Assembly: GCA_041663305.1 (NCBI GenBank)
Contig: JBAYMT010000003.1
Coordinates: 17,949-81,948, forward strand
DNA length: 64,000 nt
Source: Minisyncoccota bacterium
Lineage (GTDB): Bacteria > Patescibacteriota > Minisyncoccia > Minisyncoccales > Minisyncoccaceae
Reading direction: 5' to 3'
Shown: positions 1 through 8,568 of the stretch, in pieces
How the letters are laid out: each line of letters opens with the position of its first letter
Numbering within the stretch: position 1 is the stretch's first letter
Program-made: the position numbers and the translations under genes
Notes under the pieces: model-generated
Seen by the model: the letters and a program-made list of their open reading frames with translations, nothing else
What the model was told of the DNA's origin: nothing
Databases searched by the model: none

Positions 1-1052
1 CAGAAATAAAAGCAAACGAAACGACTAATTGGAAAACATATACAAATACTAAATACAATTATCAAATCAGTTATCCTGAAAATGTTTATACCATTGAAAA
101 TATTACTTTTGATCCAGAAAAAGGAATGACGGACGACAATGTCACGCTGTATGACATTGCATCAGTTCAAAAAACTAAAGAATGTGAATGCGGTGAATAC
201 ACGGCAATTTATATAAATGCCTATTCTAATCCTCAGGGACTTTCCCTGCAAAACTATATAAAAGAAAATGTTAGAAATTGGACATCTGACTATTCTAATC
301 TTTTTATCAATGAAAAAATAAGCTTAAATGGTATTCCTGAAATAGAAATTAATACGGGAAGAGAACAATATTATATTTTAGAAAAAAATAATGTTATATT
401 TTCGATTGGAGGATATTTTGATATGAATATTATTAATACCTTTAAGTTTATAGACAACCAAAAGGAAACAATCAAACTAGACAGAAATGATTTATTACAA
501 AAAATGTTTTCGACCTTAACATTTAAAAATGGAATAGCTCGCACAGAAGAAAACTATGATATACAATACGAAAATTCGTACGAAGATTTTTTTGTAAATA
601 AAAACGAAAAAAGTTTGTTACTTTCGTCAAGGGGGGAGGAATTTGAATTATATTTAGGATTATTTGATAAAGATGGTCGTCTTTTGACAAAACAATATGA
701 TTTCAATTCTAAAAACATCAGGACTATAAGCATATGGCCAAATGGTAGTGGAAGTATCTACTTATACAACTGCAAAGGGCTTAAACATATTTTATACGTC
801 AGCACCGGCTGCTCAACAGGAGGGTGCTGTAGCGACTACGCAGAGCTATTCAAAATAAGTAATGGAAATTTTGAAAAAACTCAAATAATTAACCACGATA
901 TAAAATCTCTTAGCGGAAAAACAGTAATTATGCATCCCACCGAAAATAAAATCGTAATAAAAACAGTTCCCGACACATCTATAAATGGCAATTGCCCCGA
1001 AAGCGATTACAAAGAACTAAAATGGAATGACGAAAGTTGTAAGTTTGAATAA
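1..1052 (+). CDS. hypothetical secreted protein, 5'-partial (continues upstream of window)
   Basis: Frame 3 is open from base 3 into the listed ORF 126..1052. The upstream in-frame peptide EIKANETTNWKTYTNTKYNYQISYPENVY looks coding, so the true start is probably outside the window. Cys-rich C-terminus (CSTGGCCSDY, CPESDY). No family recognised. Confidence 0.55.
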   Translation, partial: EIKANETTNWKTYTNTKYNYQISYPENVYTIENITFDPEKGMTDDNVTLYDIASVQKTKECECGEYTAIYINAYSNPQGLSLQNYIKENVRNWTSDYSNLFINEKISLNGIPEIEINTGREQYYILEKNNVIFSIGGYFDMNIINTFKFIDNQKETIKLDRNDLLQKMFSTLTFKNGIARTEENYDIQYENSYEDFFVNKNEKSLLLSSRGEEFELYLGLFDKDGRLLTKQYDFNSKNIRTISIWPNGSGSIYLYNCKGLKHILYVSTGCSTGGCCSDYAELFKISNGNFEKTQIINHDIKSLSGKTVIMHPTENKIVIKTVPDTSINGNCPESDYKELKWNDESCKFE

Positions 1053-1076
1053 ACAATTGTAAGGTAAAACAAAAAC

Positions 1077-1421
1077 ATGGACGATAAAAAAATAACTAAA
1101 ACTAGAAAAAAATCATTGGTATTTCTTTTATACGCTTTCGGAATTTTTTGGTCTGCCATAACCTTTTCATTTATTTTAAGCGCTATATTGATTCCAATAT
1201 TGCCAGCAAAAAAACTTTCTTTGTCAGTTTCCATATTTATTACTTTTCTCATTTCTTTCTTTTATTTTTATCGTGCCAACGCCTTAAATGAAAATAGGGA
1301 AAAGCCTATCCTAAAATCACTTATCTATACAGTCATATGTTTATTGGTAGTATTTTCAATCACATACATCTTTAAAAGCTTTTTTTCTCTGTATGAATAT
1401 CCATGGGACATAGGAGGATAG
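1077..1421 (+). CDS. small integral membrane protein
   Basis: Three hydrophobic helices (FGIFWSAITFSFILSAILIPIL, LSVSIFITFLISFFYFY, LIYTVICLLVVFSITYIF). Starts 25 nt after the upstream stop. Confidence 0.55.
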   Translation: MDDKKITKTRKKSLVFLLYAFGIFWSAITFSFILSAILIPILPAKKLSLSVSIFITFLISFFYFYRANALNENREKPILKSLIYTVICLLVVFSITYIFKSFFSLYEYPWDIGG

Positions 1422-1466
1422 CAATCGCAAAAAATAAATCTCCAAAATAAAAAAAGACCTAGTTAT

Positions 1467-1790
1467 CTAGGTGCGTTCAAACTCGAGAACGATTATTCCC
1501 AGCGATTTAACGTGGAACATATCTCTGAGTTCGTTAGTCATTTTCTCCTCGGAGCCAAAACTCTTCAATATCTCCTCAAAGCCTTCAGTCTCAAGCATAC
1601 TCTCGGGCGATCTGTACTCTCGAATAGCAGTAATCCTTACCCTACAGGTTCTTTGTCCATTTATGAACAAAAGTGTATGGCCGATTTTGTATTGCAATAC
1701 CAGACTCCCAGGCCGAACCCAGCGAGTTACCTCTCTCGAGTTTATGAAGTTAAAACTAGCTCGATTAACTCCCATTTTTTCGTCTTCCAT
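1467..1790 (-). CDS. small ASCH/PUA-like domain protein (tentative)
   Basis: GGAG lies 9 nt upstream of the minus-strand ATG. An ACCTAG-N4-CTAGGT hairpin plus T-run sits at the stop. Layout resembles YqfB-type ASCH domains (ends ...GIIVLEFE). Pattern-level only. Confidence 0.4.
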   Translation of the reverse strand: MEDEKMGVNRASFNFINSREVTRWVRPGSLVLQYKIGHTLLFINGQRTCRVRITAIREYRSPESMLETEGFEEILKSFGSEEKMTNELRDMFHVKSLGIIVLEFERT

Positions 1791-1868
1791 TTTAAAGATC
1801 TCCTAAAGAACTACAAACCCATAAAAACACATTTTTCCAAAATTGTAAATCCCAAATAAAAAGGAGCA

Positions 1869-2663
1869 TCATTCGATGCTTTTTTGATTTATTGACACGA
1901 CTATCTTCGCAGCCAAGAGGCCTGCAAGAGTTTTTAAATCAACCTGCTCATTCCCAGTAAAACTGCCCGCACGAAAAGCAAAAATCATTCCCAACAAAAT
2001 GTCTCTATATTCAACAGGACTGGCTATAACCGCCTCAATATTGCCTGCAATGGCATCTTTAATTTGCTCATCCGTCAAGTTAAACTCGGGAGAAGTCATT
2101 ACAAGATCTCCTCCCGCCAAAAGCAATCTCACAAGCAGACCGTCCAATTTTAAATAATCAACAATTTGACCGATAGTTTCGTTTATACTGTTTTTCACCT
2201 CGTCTGTCATTGCTTCCAGGGTAAGTTCATATATTGCCGTCCCATCTTGTCTCCTTTTTGCTTCAATGGCACGACAAATTTTACACAAAAGAACAAGATA
2301 ATTAAAGCCTATGTCCTTGTCACTACATTTGCTGTGTATAAAGGCAACCCCTCTTCCTTCAGCGTCTTCCTTAAAACCGCTTCCGTCTTGAGACGTCAAG
2401 AGCCCAAAGGGAGTTCTGCAATGCTCAGGATAATCCTCTCTGAAAATGTTAAGAAGCTGCAGCCCATTCATCCCTGGTGACATATCGTAATCAGAAATGA
2501 TTACGTCATACGTTTGTTCCTTTATTTTTTCCAATGCTTCTTCGCCACTACTCGCAACATCAACTATGATTCCCTCAAGCAGCCTGCGCAGAAACATTTC
2601 TACAATAAACCGTAATGGCTCGTCATCGTCAATATAGAGCACCTTCAATATCACTAAAATCAC
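1869..2663 (-). CDS. response regulator receiver domain protein with uncharacterised C-terminal domain
   Basis: N-terminus VLYIDDDEPLRFIVEMFL...YDVIISDYDMSPGMNGLQLL is a CheY-like receiver (acidic pocket DD, phospho-acceptor D). No DNA-binding output domain recognised. The start may be an internal TTG/GTG. Confidence 0.8.
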   Translation of the reverse strand: MILVILKVLYIDDDEPLRFIVEMFLRRLLEGIIVDVASSGEEALEKIKEQTYDVIISDYDMSPGMNGLQLLNIFREDYPEHCRTPFGLLTSQDGSGFKEDAEGRGVAFIHSKCSDKDIGFNYLVLLCKICRAIEAKRRQDGTAIYELTLEAMTDEVKNSINETIGQIVDYLKLDGLLVRLLLAGGDLVMTSPEFNLTDEQIKDAIAGNIEAVIASPVEYRDILLGMIFAFRAGSFTGNEQVDLKTLAGLLAAKIVVSINQKSIE

Positions 2664-2694
2664 CTTCTTCAGAAAAAAGCCGTCCTCAAAATAA

Positions 2695-2880
2695 TTAAGA
2701 AACGGTTAATATTTCAGCCACTTCTGGCCGTACTTTACGCAGGACTTCGGCTATTCGCGAAAGAAAGTCTTCACTCCTGTCCTGATTTCTCACCATTAAC
2801 TCAATGTCCCTATTGGAAAACAGGGGACTGACTGCAAATCGGCCAATTGAGGCAACAATTTTCTCGGTCTTTTGATCCAT
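2695..2880 (-). CDS. hypothetical small protein
   Basis: GGAGG lies 7 nt upstream of the second ATG (2880); the listed start 2886 is too close to that SD. Co-directional with, and 31 nt upstream of, the response regulator. Confidence 0.45.
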   Translation of the reverse strand: MDQKTEKIVASIGRFAVSPLFSNRDIELMVRNQDRSEDFLSRIAEVLRKVRPEVAEILTVS

Positions 2881-3051
2881 TTTCATACCTCCAAGGTACT
2901 AGCTTAAATATAAAATTAAAGCGAAATATTGTCAATAAAACTATCAAGAACTAAGCACTAAAATTCCTATTTTATAAAATTATTGACATTTTACCCCAAA
3001 AATTATAGCCTTACTTTGTAGATTCGTTGAGTCTATAGGAGAGTAGAGAAA

Positions 3052-3114
3052 ATGAATGATATTATTGTTGCTGCTCTAGGAGCGGTCATAGTCGGAGTTC
3101 TTTTTGTATTATGA
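3052..3114 (+). CDS. possible 20-aa hydrophobic micropeptide (MNDIIVAALGAVIVGVLFVL)
   Basis: ATG preceded by AGGAGAGTAGAGAAA. Single hydrophobic helix. Sits just upstream of membrane protein 3181..3702. Below normal ORF-calling length. Confidence 0.2.
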   Translation: MNDIIVAALGAVIVGVLFVL

Positions 3115-3180
3115 GAAAGACATGTCTCCAAGAAAACAAAGGGGTATATAAACTATCACGAAAATATAAAAACGTTTCTC

Positions 3181-3702
3181 TTGGATATGATTATTGCTTC
3201 CATTGTTTTCGTAATATCCGCAGCAATTCTTCCATTTCAAACAATCATTCCCGTCATTATTGCAATAGCCATTGCATTTAAAATAGACCAAAAAAAACTT
3301 TGGTTGGCCGACCAATACCACTTAATAGTCATAGGAGTGGTTGTGACTATTGTTGTTTCAGTCATCTTTTGGGGCATATTTTTAAAAGTTCCTTATACAA
3401 AAGAAGAGAACATTTCAACAATCTCAATATTGTCACTGAAGGTTTTGCCCAATAGCAACGGAGTCATTAATTATGTCTATTTCTATCCAAGCGACAAAAA
3501 AGGAGGAGCAGAAGCTGAAATAATTAAAGACAACGCCACAATCCTTGAAAAATCCAACCGCTCAGAAATAATAACATACCAAGAATATTCTATCAGAAAT
3601 TTCCCTTGGTATTTAAAAGTACTATTCCTGAAAGATGGCTGGAAAAATCTTGAGAATAAGCAGATAGAGATATACACAAATCAATCACTATCTAGCATAT
3701 AA
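3181..3702 (+). CDS. membrane-anchored hypothetical protein
   Basis: Two N-terminal TM helices (IIASIVFVISAAILPF..IIPVIIAIAIAF; LIVIGVVVTIVVSVIFWGIFL) followed by a soluble tail. The listed start is TTG; ATG at 3187 is an alternative. Confidence 0.55.
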   Translation: MDMIIASIVFVISAAILPFQTIIPVIIAIAIAFKIDQKKLWLADQYHLIVIGVVVTIVVSVIFWGIFLKVPYTKEENISTISILSLKVLPNSNGVINYVYFYPSDKKGGAEAEIIKDNATILEKSNRSEIITYQEYSIRNFPWYLKVLFLKDGWKNLENKQIEIYTNQSLSSI

Positions 3703-3751
3703 GCACCTTTGGTGCATTTTTTTTATAAATAAGATACAATAGAAACAAAAA

Positions 3752-4582
3752 ATGAAAATAACATCAAAAAAACTAGTAGCCACTTTTTTGTGTCTAGTCA
3801 TTGCCATTGCTTTAATATGCTATTTTGGCCAAACACCGCCAACAAACAGCGATTGGCCTCTTGGCTATTCAGTCACCGCTTCTTCGCAAATAAACAAAAA
3901 TCAACTAACTGTAAAAAACATCAGGAATTTCAGATACGACCAAGAGGGGAATGTAATAAAAGCCGAATACTACGACCAAGTGTACAACCTAGATGAATTA
4001 ACCAAGGTTTGGTATATTTATGAGCCATTTGGAAACAATGCCGCTCACAATCTTTTAAGCTTTGAGTTTAGGAATAATATTTTTTTAACAGTAAGCATAG
4101 AAGCTCGAACGAGCAAAAGCCAAGAGTACGACGGCTACGTCGGACTCCTCCGATCATACCCCCTTATATATGTAGTGGCAGACGAAAGAGATACTTTATT
4201 CCTGCGCACCAACGTTCGCAAAAACCAAGTCGTTCTTTTTCCAACCAAAGCATCGCCCGAAGCTGGAAGAAAGCTTTTAATAGAATTGTTTAACGAAGTG
4301 AACAGACTAAATCAAAATCCAAAATGGTACAACTCACTCACCGATAATTGCACAACCCTTATTGCTCGCCACATAAACAGCATTTATATGGGTGCCGTTC
4401 CCAGCTTTTCATGGAAAATGTACAATACGCATTCCGATGAAATCCCTTATGATAAAGGCTGGATAGACACAAACCTATCGCTTAAAGAAGCTGAACAGTA
4501 TTTCAACATTTCACAAAAAGGGCAATCAATAACCGACATCGAAAACTACTCTAAAATAGTAAGAGAAAATCTAACAAATTAA
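3752..4582 (+). CDS. DUF4105 / Lnb N-terminal periplasmic domain-like protein
   Basis: N-terminal signal anchor. AAHNLLSFEF..., SIEARTSKSQEYDGYVGL..., and YNSLTDNCTTLIARHIN match the pattern I recall for DUF4105 (H..L.F, SvEar, Y..l.dNCtt). Confidence 0.55.
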   Translation: MKITSKKLVATFLCLVIAIALICYFGQTPPTNSDWPLGYSVTASSQINKNQLTVKNIRNFRYDQEGNVIKAEYYDQVYNLDELTKVWYIYEPFGNNAAHNLLSFEFRNNIFLTVSIEARTSKSQEYDGYVGLLRSYPLIYVVADERDTLFLRTNVRKNQVVLFPTKASPEAGRKLLIELFNEVNRLNQNPKWYNSLTDNCTTLIARHINSIYMGAVPSFSWKMYNTHSDEIPYDKGWIDTNLSLKEAEQYFNISQKGQSITDIENYSKIVRENLTN

Positions 4583-4631
4583 AACGAGACTAATCCTCGT
4601 TTTTTATTGCAAGACCAAACACAGAACACTC

Positions 4632-4660
4632 TTTACATTTATCAATATTTATGCTATAGC
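4632..4660 (+). promoter_or_regulatory. sigma70-like promoter TTTACA-N17-TATAGC
   Basis: Hexamers read directly. The -10 ends 6 nt before ATG 4667. Confidence 0.4.
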
Positions 4661-4666
4661 ATTGGC

Positions 4667-4837
4667 ATGTCTAATATAACAAAGATATCAATAGAAAGTA
4701 CCGCCACAATAAAGTGTGATTTTTCTGTTGCGACAAGGCAATTGATATTTTTGGAAAAAGACTTCACTAAAAGAGAGATTAAGTTAAATTCACATCCTCT
4801 TATCTGGGTCAAAGCCCCACAATTTACTTCTTTTTAA
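4667..4837 (+). CDS. hypothetical 56-aa protein, possibly leaderless
   Basis: TTTACA-N17-TATAGC promoter-like element at 4632-4660 ends 6 nt before the ATG. ATAGGAT-N5-ATCCTAT hairpin follows directly after the stop. No homology recognised. Confidence 0.3.
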   Translation: MSNITKISIESTATIKCDFSVATRQLIFLEKDFTKREIKLNSHPLIWVKAPQFTSF

Positions 4838-5080
4838 TAGGATACTTATCCTATTATTAGCTATCATTTTTACAAAAAATTGGTTTTTTGTTTGTAAAAA
4901 TAATCATTTTGAGCTATAAGATGTCTGTTTGGAATAAACTTATTTTAATGGAACGCACATTAATAAATACTTTTTTGGAGATGGTAATTTGATTACTTGA
5001 AGCAATTAAATTCCCGTCTCCAAAGAGTTAAAAACTCTGGAAAAAGCTCTTAAAAGAGCTAGACGTGGAAAGGAGGAAAA

Positions 5081-6031
5081 ATGGAAGAAAGTTTCAAAAA
5101 CGAAATCGAGAAAATCGTTGGAAGAATTGAACAGATTGTCGAAACCCATATCTCTATCATATATATGGGTAGCGACCTGGTTGCAAAATTGACAAAACCA
5201 GTCAATCTGGGTTTCGTAAATTTTGAACCAATCGAAAAAAGGCGGGAATCCGCAAAAAAGTCCGTCGAGATCGACGAGGCATACTGCCCGAGCTTAAACT
5301 CAAAGGTCGTCGAAATCGACGGAGAGCCATTCGTCATAATGAGACGATTTGATTCGTCCGCAGGTCTCGACACTTTCTACGAACAAGAGAAAGTGACGAT
5401 AGAACATGCAAAGCAGATTGGTCACTTATTTGCGGTGGCACACAAAAAGGCTCGGACAAACGAGGAAATTTCCCAAATCGGCTACAACAGCATAGCTGGA
5501 AACTGGGAAGAATTGTTTGTGGTGACAAGAGATGTGGCCAACGCAATCGGTGTAACAATCTCCGAAAGGAATTACAATGACCTCGTCACCAAAATCAGGG
5601 AATTCATCGCTGAAAATGAAGCCTTCCTGAAATCAAGGCGAGACGAAGGGTTCATCCGCCAGACACATGGCGACGGACATGCAGGCAATATGTTTGTCGA
5701 AAATGGAGAAGTAAAGATTTTCGACGGAATTGGATTTAAGGACGAATTCAGTTTCGCCGACGTAATTGCAGATGTCGCATTTGCAATTATGGATGCGCTT
5801 GCGCGAGATAGTCCCGACATCGCAGTAGAGATAACCAACGCCTACATCGATGAATCTCAAGACTTTGCCGGCATAGAAAAGCTCTTTTACTTCTACATTT
5901 GCTACCGCGCAAGTGTGAGGGGTGAAGTCACCACACTGATTGCAAATGGCATGGAGGGAGAAGAAAGAGAAAAGCTTCTTCAAACCGCCAGAAAATATTT
6001 CGATCTGGCAATAGAATATTTGCCAGAGTAG
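5081..6031 (+). CDS. aminoglycoside-phosphotransferase-like kinase-fold protein (N-terminal half of the 'bifunctional APH/ATP-binding protein' family)
   Basis: VETHISIIYMGSDLVAKLTKPVNLGFVNFEPIEKRR and HGDGHAGNMF...IFDGIGF...ADVIADVAFAIMDAL match the ETHIS...KKPV...FLDFST and HGDLHLGN...FDCIEF...DLAFLxMDL signatures. AGGAGG SD. Confidence 0.8.
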   Translation: MEESFKNEIEKIVGRIEQIVETHISIIYMGSDLVAKLTKPVNLGFVNFEPIEKRRESAKKSVEIDEAYCPSLNSKVVEIDGEPFVIMRRFDSSAGLDTFYEQEKVTIEHAKQIGHLFAVAHKKARTNEEISQIGYNSIAGNWEELFVVTRDVANAIGVTISERNYNDLVTKIREFIAENEAFLKSRRDEGFIRQTHGDGHAGNMFVENGEVKIFDGIGFKDEFSFADVIADVAFAIMDALARDSPDIAVEITNAYIDESQDFAGIEKLFYFYICYRASVRGEVTTLIANGMEGEEREKLLQTARKYFDLAIEYLPE

Positions 6032-6039
6032 GAAACAAA

Positions 6040-6798
6040 ATGAGCAGTAGAATATTTATTGTCTGCGGCTATGTAGCTTCAGGAAAAACTACGGTCGCAA
6101 ATGAACTCGCCCGGACAATGGGCGTTAGGGTCATCCGTACCGATGACCTCCGAAAAGAGCTTTTTCCAAGAGAATTAAGCTATGATCAAATTGATCTTGG
6201 AAGAACGGAAGAATCTGCTGGAAAAATAATCTCCTGGATAGAAGAAAACGATTCAGGAGGAATTGATTTCCAGCAAGTCCTCAACCCCTTAGGTTCTTTT
6301 CAAAATGAGGCATATGGCGAAATTATTCGCAAGTATGCCTTACGAATAAAAGAACAAAAACAAAGAGTCTACAACGAAGCCTTTGCTAGGCTAAGCAAGA
6401 TTCTTAAAGAGGATAAGGATATCATTTTCGATGCAACCTTTTCAAGCAGAAGCATGAGAGAAAGAGCATATCGGGTTGCCACCGAAAATGGCTTGGAAAA
6501 TATCTACATCGTTCAGATAACCTGCGATGAAGATATTGTGAAGTCCCGACTTGCAAATAGGAGGTCGGGAAATCAAGCAACGACATCGAACGCCAAACAG
6601 CTCGAAATTTTCAGGGTTGTAAAAAAAGAATTTGACGAAAGCCATATTCAAAAAGACAACCCAGAAGGATTAAGTATCATGCGAATCGTGTATGATACCG
6701 GAATCCAAAAGATCGAACAGTTTGGAAAAGTTGATGGAACAACAAGAGGGATTGGGATGGTATTAACTAATCTTTCTGAAAAGTATGGACAGAAATGA
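6040..6798 (+). CDS. P-loop AAA_33-type kinase/ATPase
   Basis: Walker A CGYVASGKTT. Follows the kinase-fold gene by 8 nt. The two are a single fused protein in many bacteria. Confidence 0.8.
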   Translation: MSSRIFIVCGYVASGKTTVANELARTMGVRVIRTDDLRKELFPRELSYDQIDLGRTEESAGKIISWIEENDSGGIDFQQVLNPLGSFQNEAYGEIIRKYALRIKEQKQRVYNEAFARLSKILKEDKDIIFDATFSSRSMRERAYRVATENGLENIYIVQITCDEDIVKSRLANRRSGNQATTSNAKQLEIFRVVKKEFDESHIQKDNPEGLSIMRIVYDTGIQKIEQFGKVDGTTRGIGMVLTNLSEKYGQK

Positions 6799-7736
6799 TA
6801 CACATTATAGCGCATAACGATGTTGATGGAATTGTATGCCACTCTATCGCAGAGATATATGCGAAGACAAAACAGATAAAGACAAGACACTATTTTGTCG
6901 ATTATCAAAGTATCATTTCTGTTTTCAATGAATTGCTAAAGGTGATAAGTCCAGAAGATAAGGTTATAATCGCCGACATCGGATACGAAGAATATCTGAT
7001 CAGTTCTTTTCTAGTCCGATACAAAAGAATAGCAGAAAGAACATTTTGGTACGACCATCACAAATGGAAAGAAGAAGCCATAAAAAGGATATCAGCTATC
7101 TCAAAAGAGATTATCATAAACGAGAATCTTTGCGCATCAGAAATTATCCAAAACAGGCTGCTTCCCGAAAACGAGATTGCAAAGCAACTCGCTTACATTG
7201 CAAGAGCTCATGATTTCTATGGCAAAGGATTTGAAACAGAAGTCTTTGAGCAAGCCTGCAAAATCCAAGATGTCATATCATCGGGATTTCAAAAGGAGCG
7301 GATTGCAGAACAATTTTCAGGTGGTATTTTGTGGAGCGAAGAATTTGAAACCGCCCACAGAAAATTTCAGGAGGTTATCAGACCAAAAGAAATTAAAAAA
7401 ATGGAACAAACTGTTACGAAATATTCGGTAATAATAACCAATGACACCATTGCAAACATTATAGCCGTATTCGTTTCAGATGTTCTTTCCTCAAAAGACA
7501 TAAGAGCATATCTGATGGAAGGAAAGGAACGCGATATTTTAATTGCAGTTTGGCCAAATGGCAGAATTGCATATGAAATTCGCAATGAAAATTTCCGCCA
7601 AATAATTGAAAAAATCAACAGTAATTTCAATGGCGGAGGAAGGGGACTTGCAGGAGGTGCAACCTATCCCCAAAAAATTAACAGAAAAAACTTCAGAAGT
7701 TGCTTTAAAAAAATAATCGAAGTAATTTCGAAGTAA
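6795..7736 (+). CDS. DHH/DHHA1 family phosphoesterase
   Basis: IIAHNDVDGIVCHSIAE (DHH motif I/II), WYDHHKW (DHH), C-terminal GGGRGLAGGA (DHHA1 GGGH-like). ATGA overlap with the upstream gene. Confidence 0.8.
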   Translation: MIHIIAHNDVDGIVCHSIAEIYAKTKQIKTRHYFVDYQSIISVFNELLKVISPEDKVIIADIGYEEYLISSFLVRYKRIAERTFWYDHHKWKEEAIKRISAISKEIIINENLCASEIIQNRLLPENEIAKQLAYIARAHDFYGKGFETEVFEQACKIQDVISSGFQKERIAEQFSGGILWSEEFETAHRKFQEVIRPKEIKKMEQTVTKYSVIITNDTIANIIAVFVSDVLSSKDIRAYLMEGKERDILIAVWPNGRIAYEIRNENFRQIIEKINSNFNGGGRGLAGGATYPQKINRKNFRSCFKKIIEVISK

Positions 7737-7822
7737 GACATGAGGCATATTGTTAAGCCTCTTTTTTTATTGACAGAATGAGCAGGATATTATAAATTTT
7801 ACTAACCCGAGGAGGGATTATT

Positions 7823-8383
7823 GTGTCCAAGTTCTTTAAAACTATAGCTGCTTGTATGCTGATAATGGCAGCAATATTAACGCTTGTTGCTATTGACTTC
7901 GGAATAATGTTCCTTGCAGGAACACTTCTCATGAGTATTTTTATCTTTGTTGTGGTAGAAAGCAAAAACTATCATAAAAAAGATTCGCTAGCCATTCCAA
8001 TAATACTTGCCTTCATAACGATTTTTGTCTTTATGATTCTACTGGGAAGCTTTCTATTTACTGCAGAGGGTATGACAATGCTCATGGGGCTTTCTTTTGG
8101 ATCCTTATTTCCCTTAGCAGTAATAAAAGGATTTTACAGCAATCCAAAAACTCAAGAATGTTCCACTTTTTCGTTTCCCCAGACTGAAAAGAATGAACAA
8201 CCCGGAAAAGGGTATATCATTCAAGGCTCTAATGTTATTATAACCGATCCCCAAGTCAGAGATTATTTTGAAATTTTCGATCGTTACGTTGGAAGCTACT
8301 ACGCAACCCACACCCCCGATCAAGTTCGGTTAAAATCTAACATTGATATATTGTATCCTGTTGAAAATGGCGAAAACCCATAA
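7823..8383 (+). CDS. membrane protein, hypothetical
   Basis: GAGGAGGG SD 7 nt before the GTG start. Four hydrophobic helices, then a soluble C-terminal tail. Confidence 0.55.
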   Translation: MSKFFKTIAACMLIMAAILTLVAIDFGIMFLAGTLLMSIFIFVVVESKNYHKKDSLAIPIILAFITIFVFMILLGSFLFTAEGMTMLMGLSFGSLFPLAVIKGFYSNPKTQECSTFSFPQTEKNEQPGKGYIIQGSNVIITDPQVRDYFEIFDRYVGSYYATHTPDQVRLKSNIDILYPVENGENP

Positions 8384-8568
8384 TTCATCAAGGATAATAA
8401 AGAGGTTGATGTTTTGCTTAAAATGCAATTTCATTACCTCGTTTTTTTATACAAAATTTATTAATTTAGCTTTATCTTGCCTTATACCTCTAAAAATCAT
8501 ACGCTTTATTGGCGCTTTTTTGTTTTAAAGAGCATAATACACTAAAGATAATAATTCAAAAAAAATAT

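Noticed and set aside
1471-1859. Two plus-strand ORFs (1471..1806, 1512..1859) overlapping the minus-strand 107-aa gene
   Set aside because: The minus-strand frame has a GGAG SD and a strand-appropriate terminator. The plus frames lack both.
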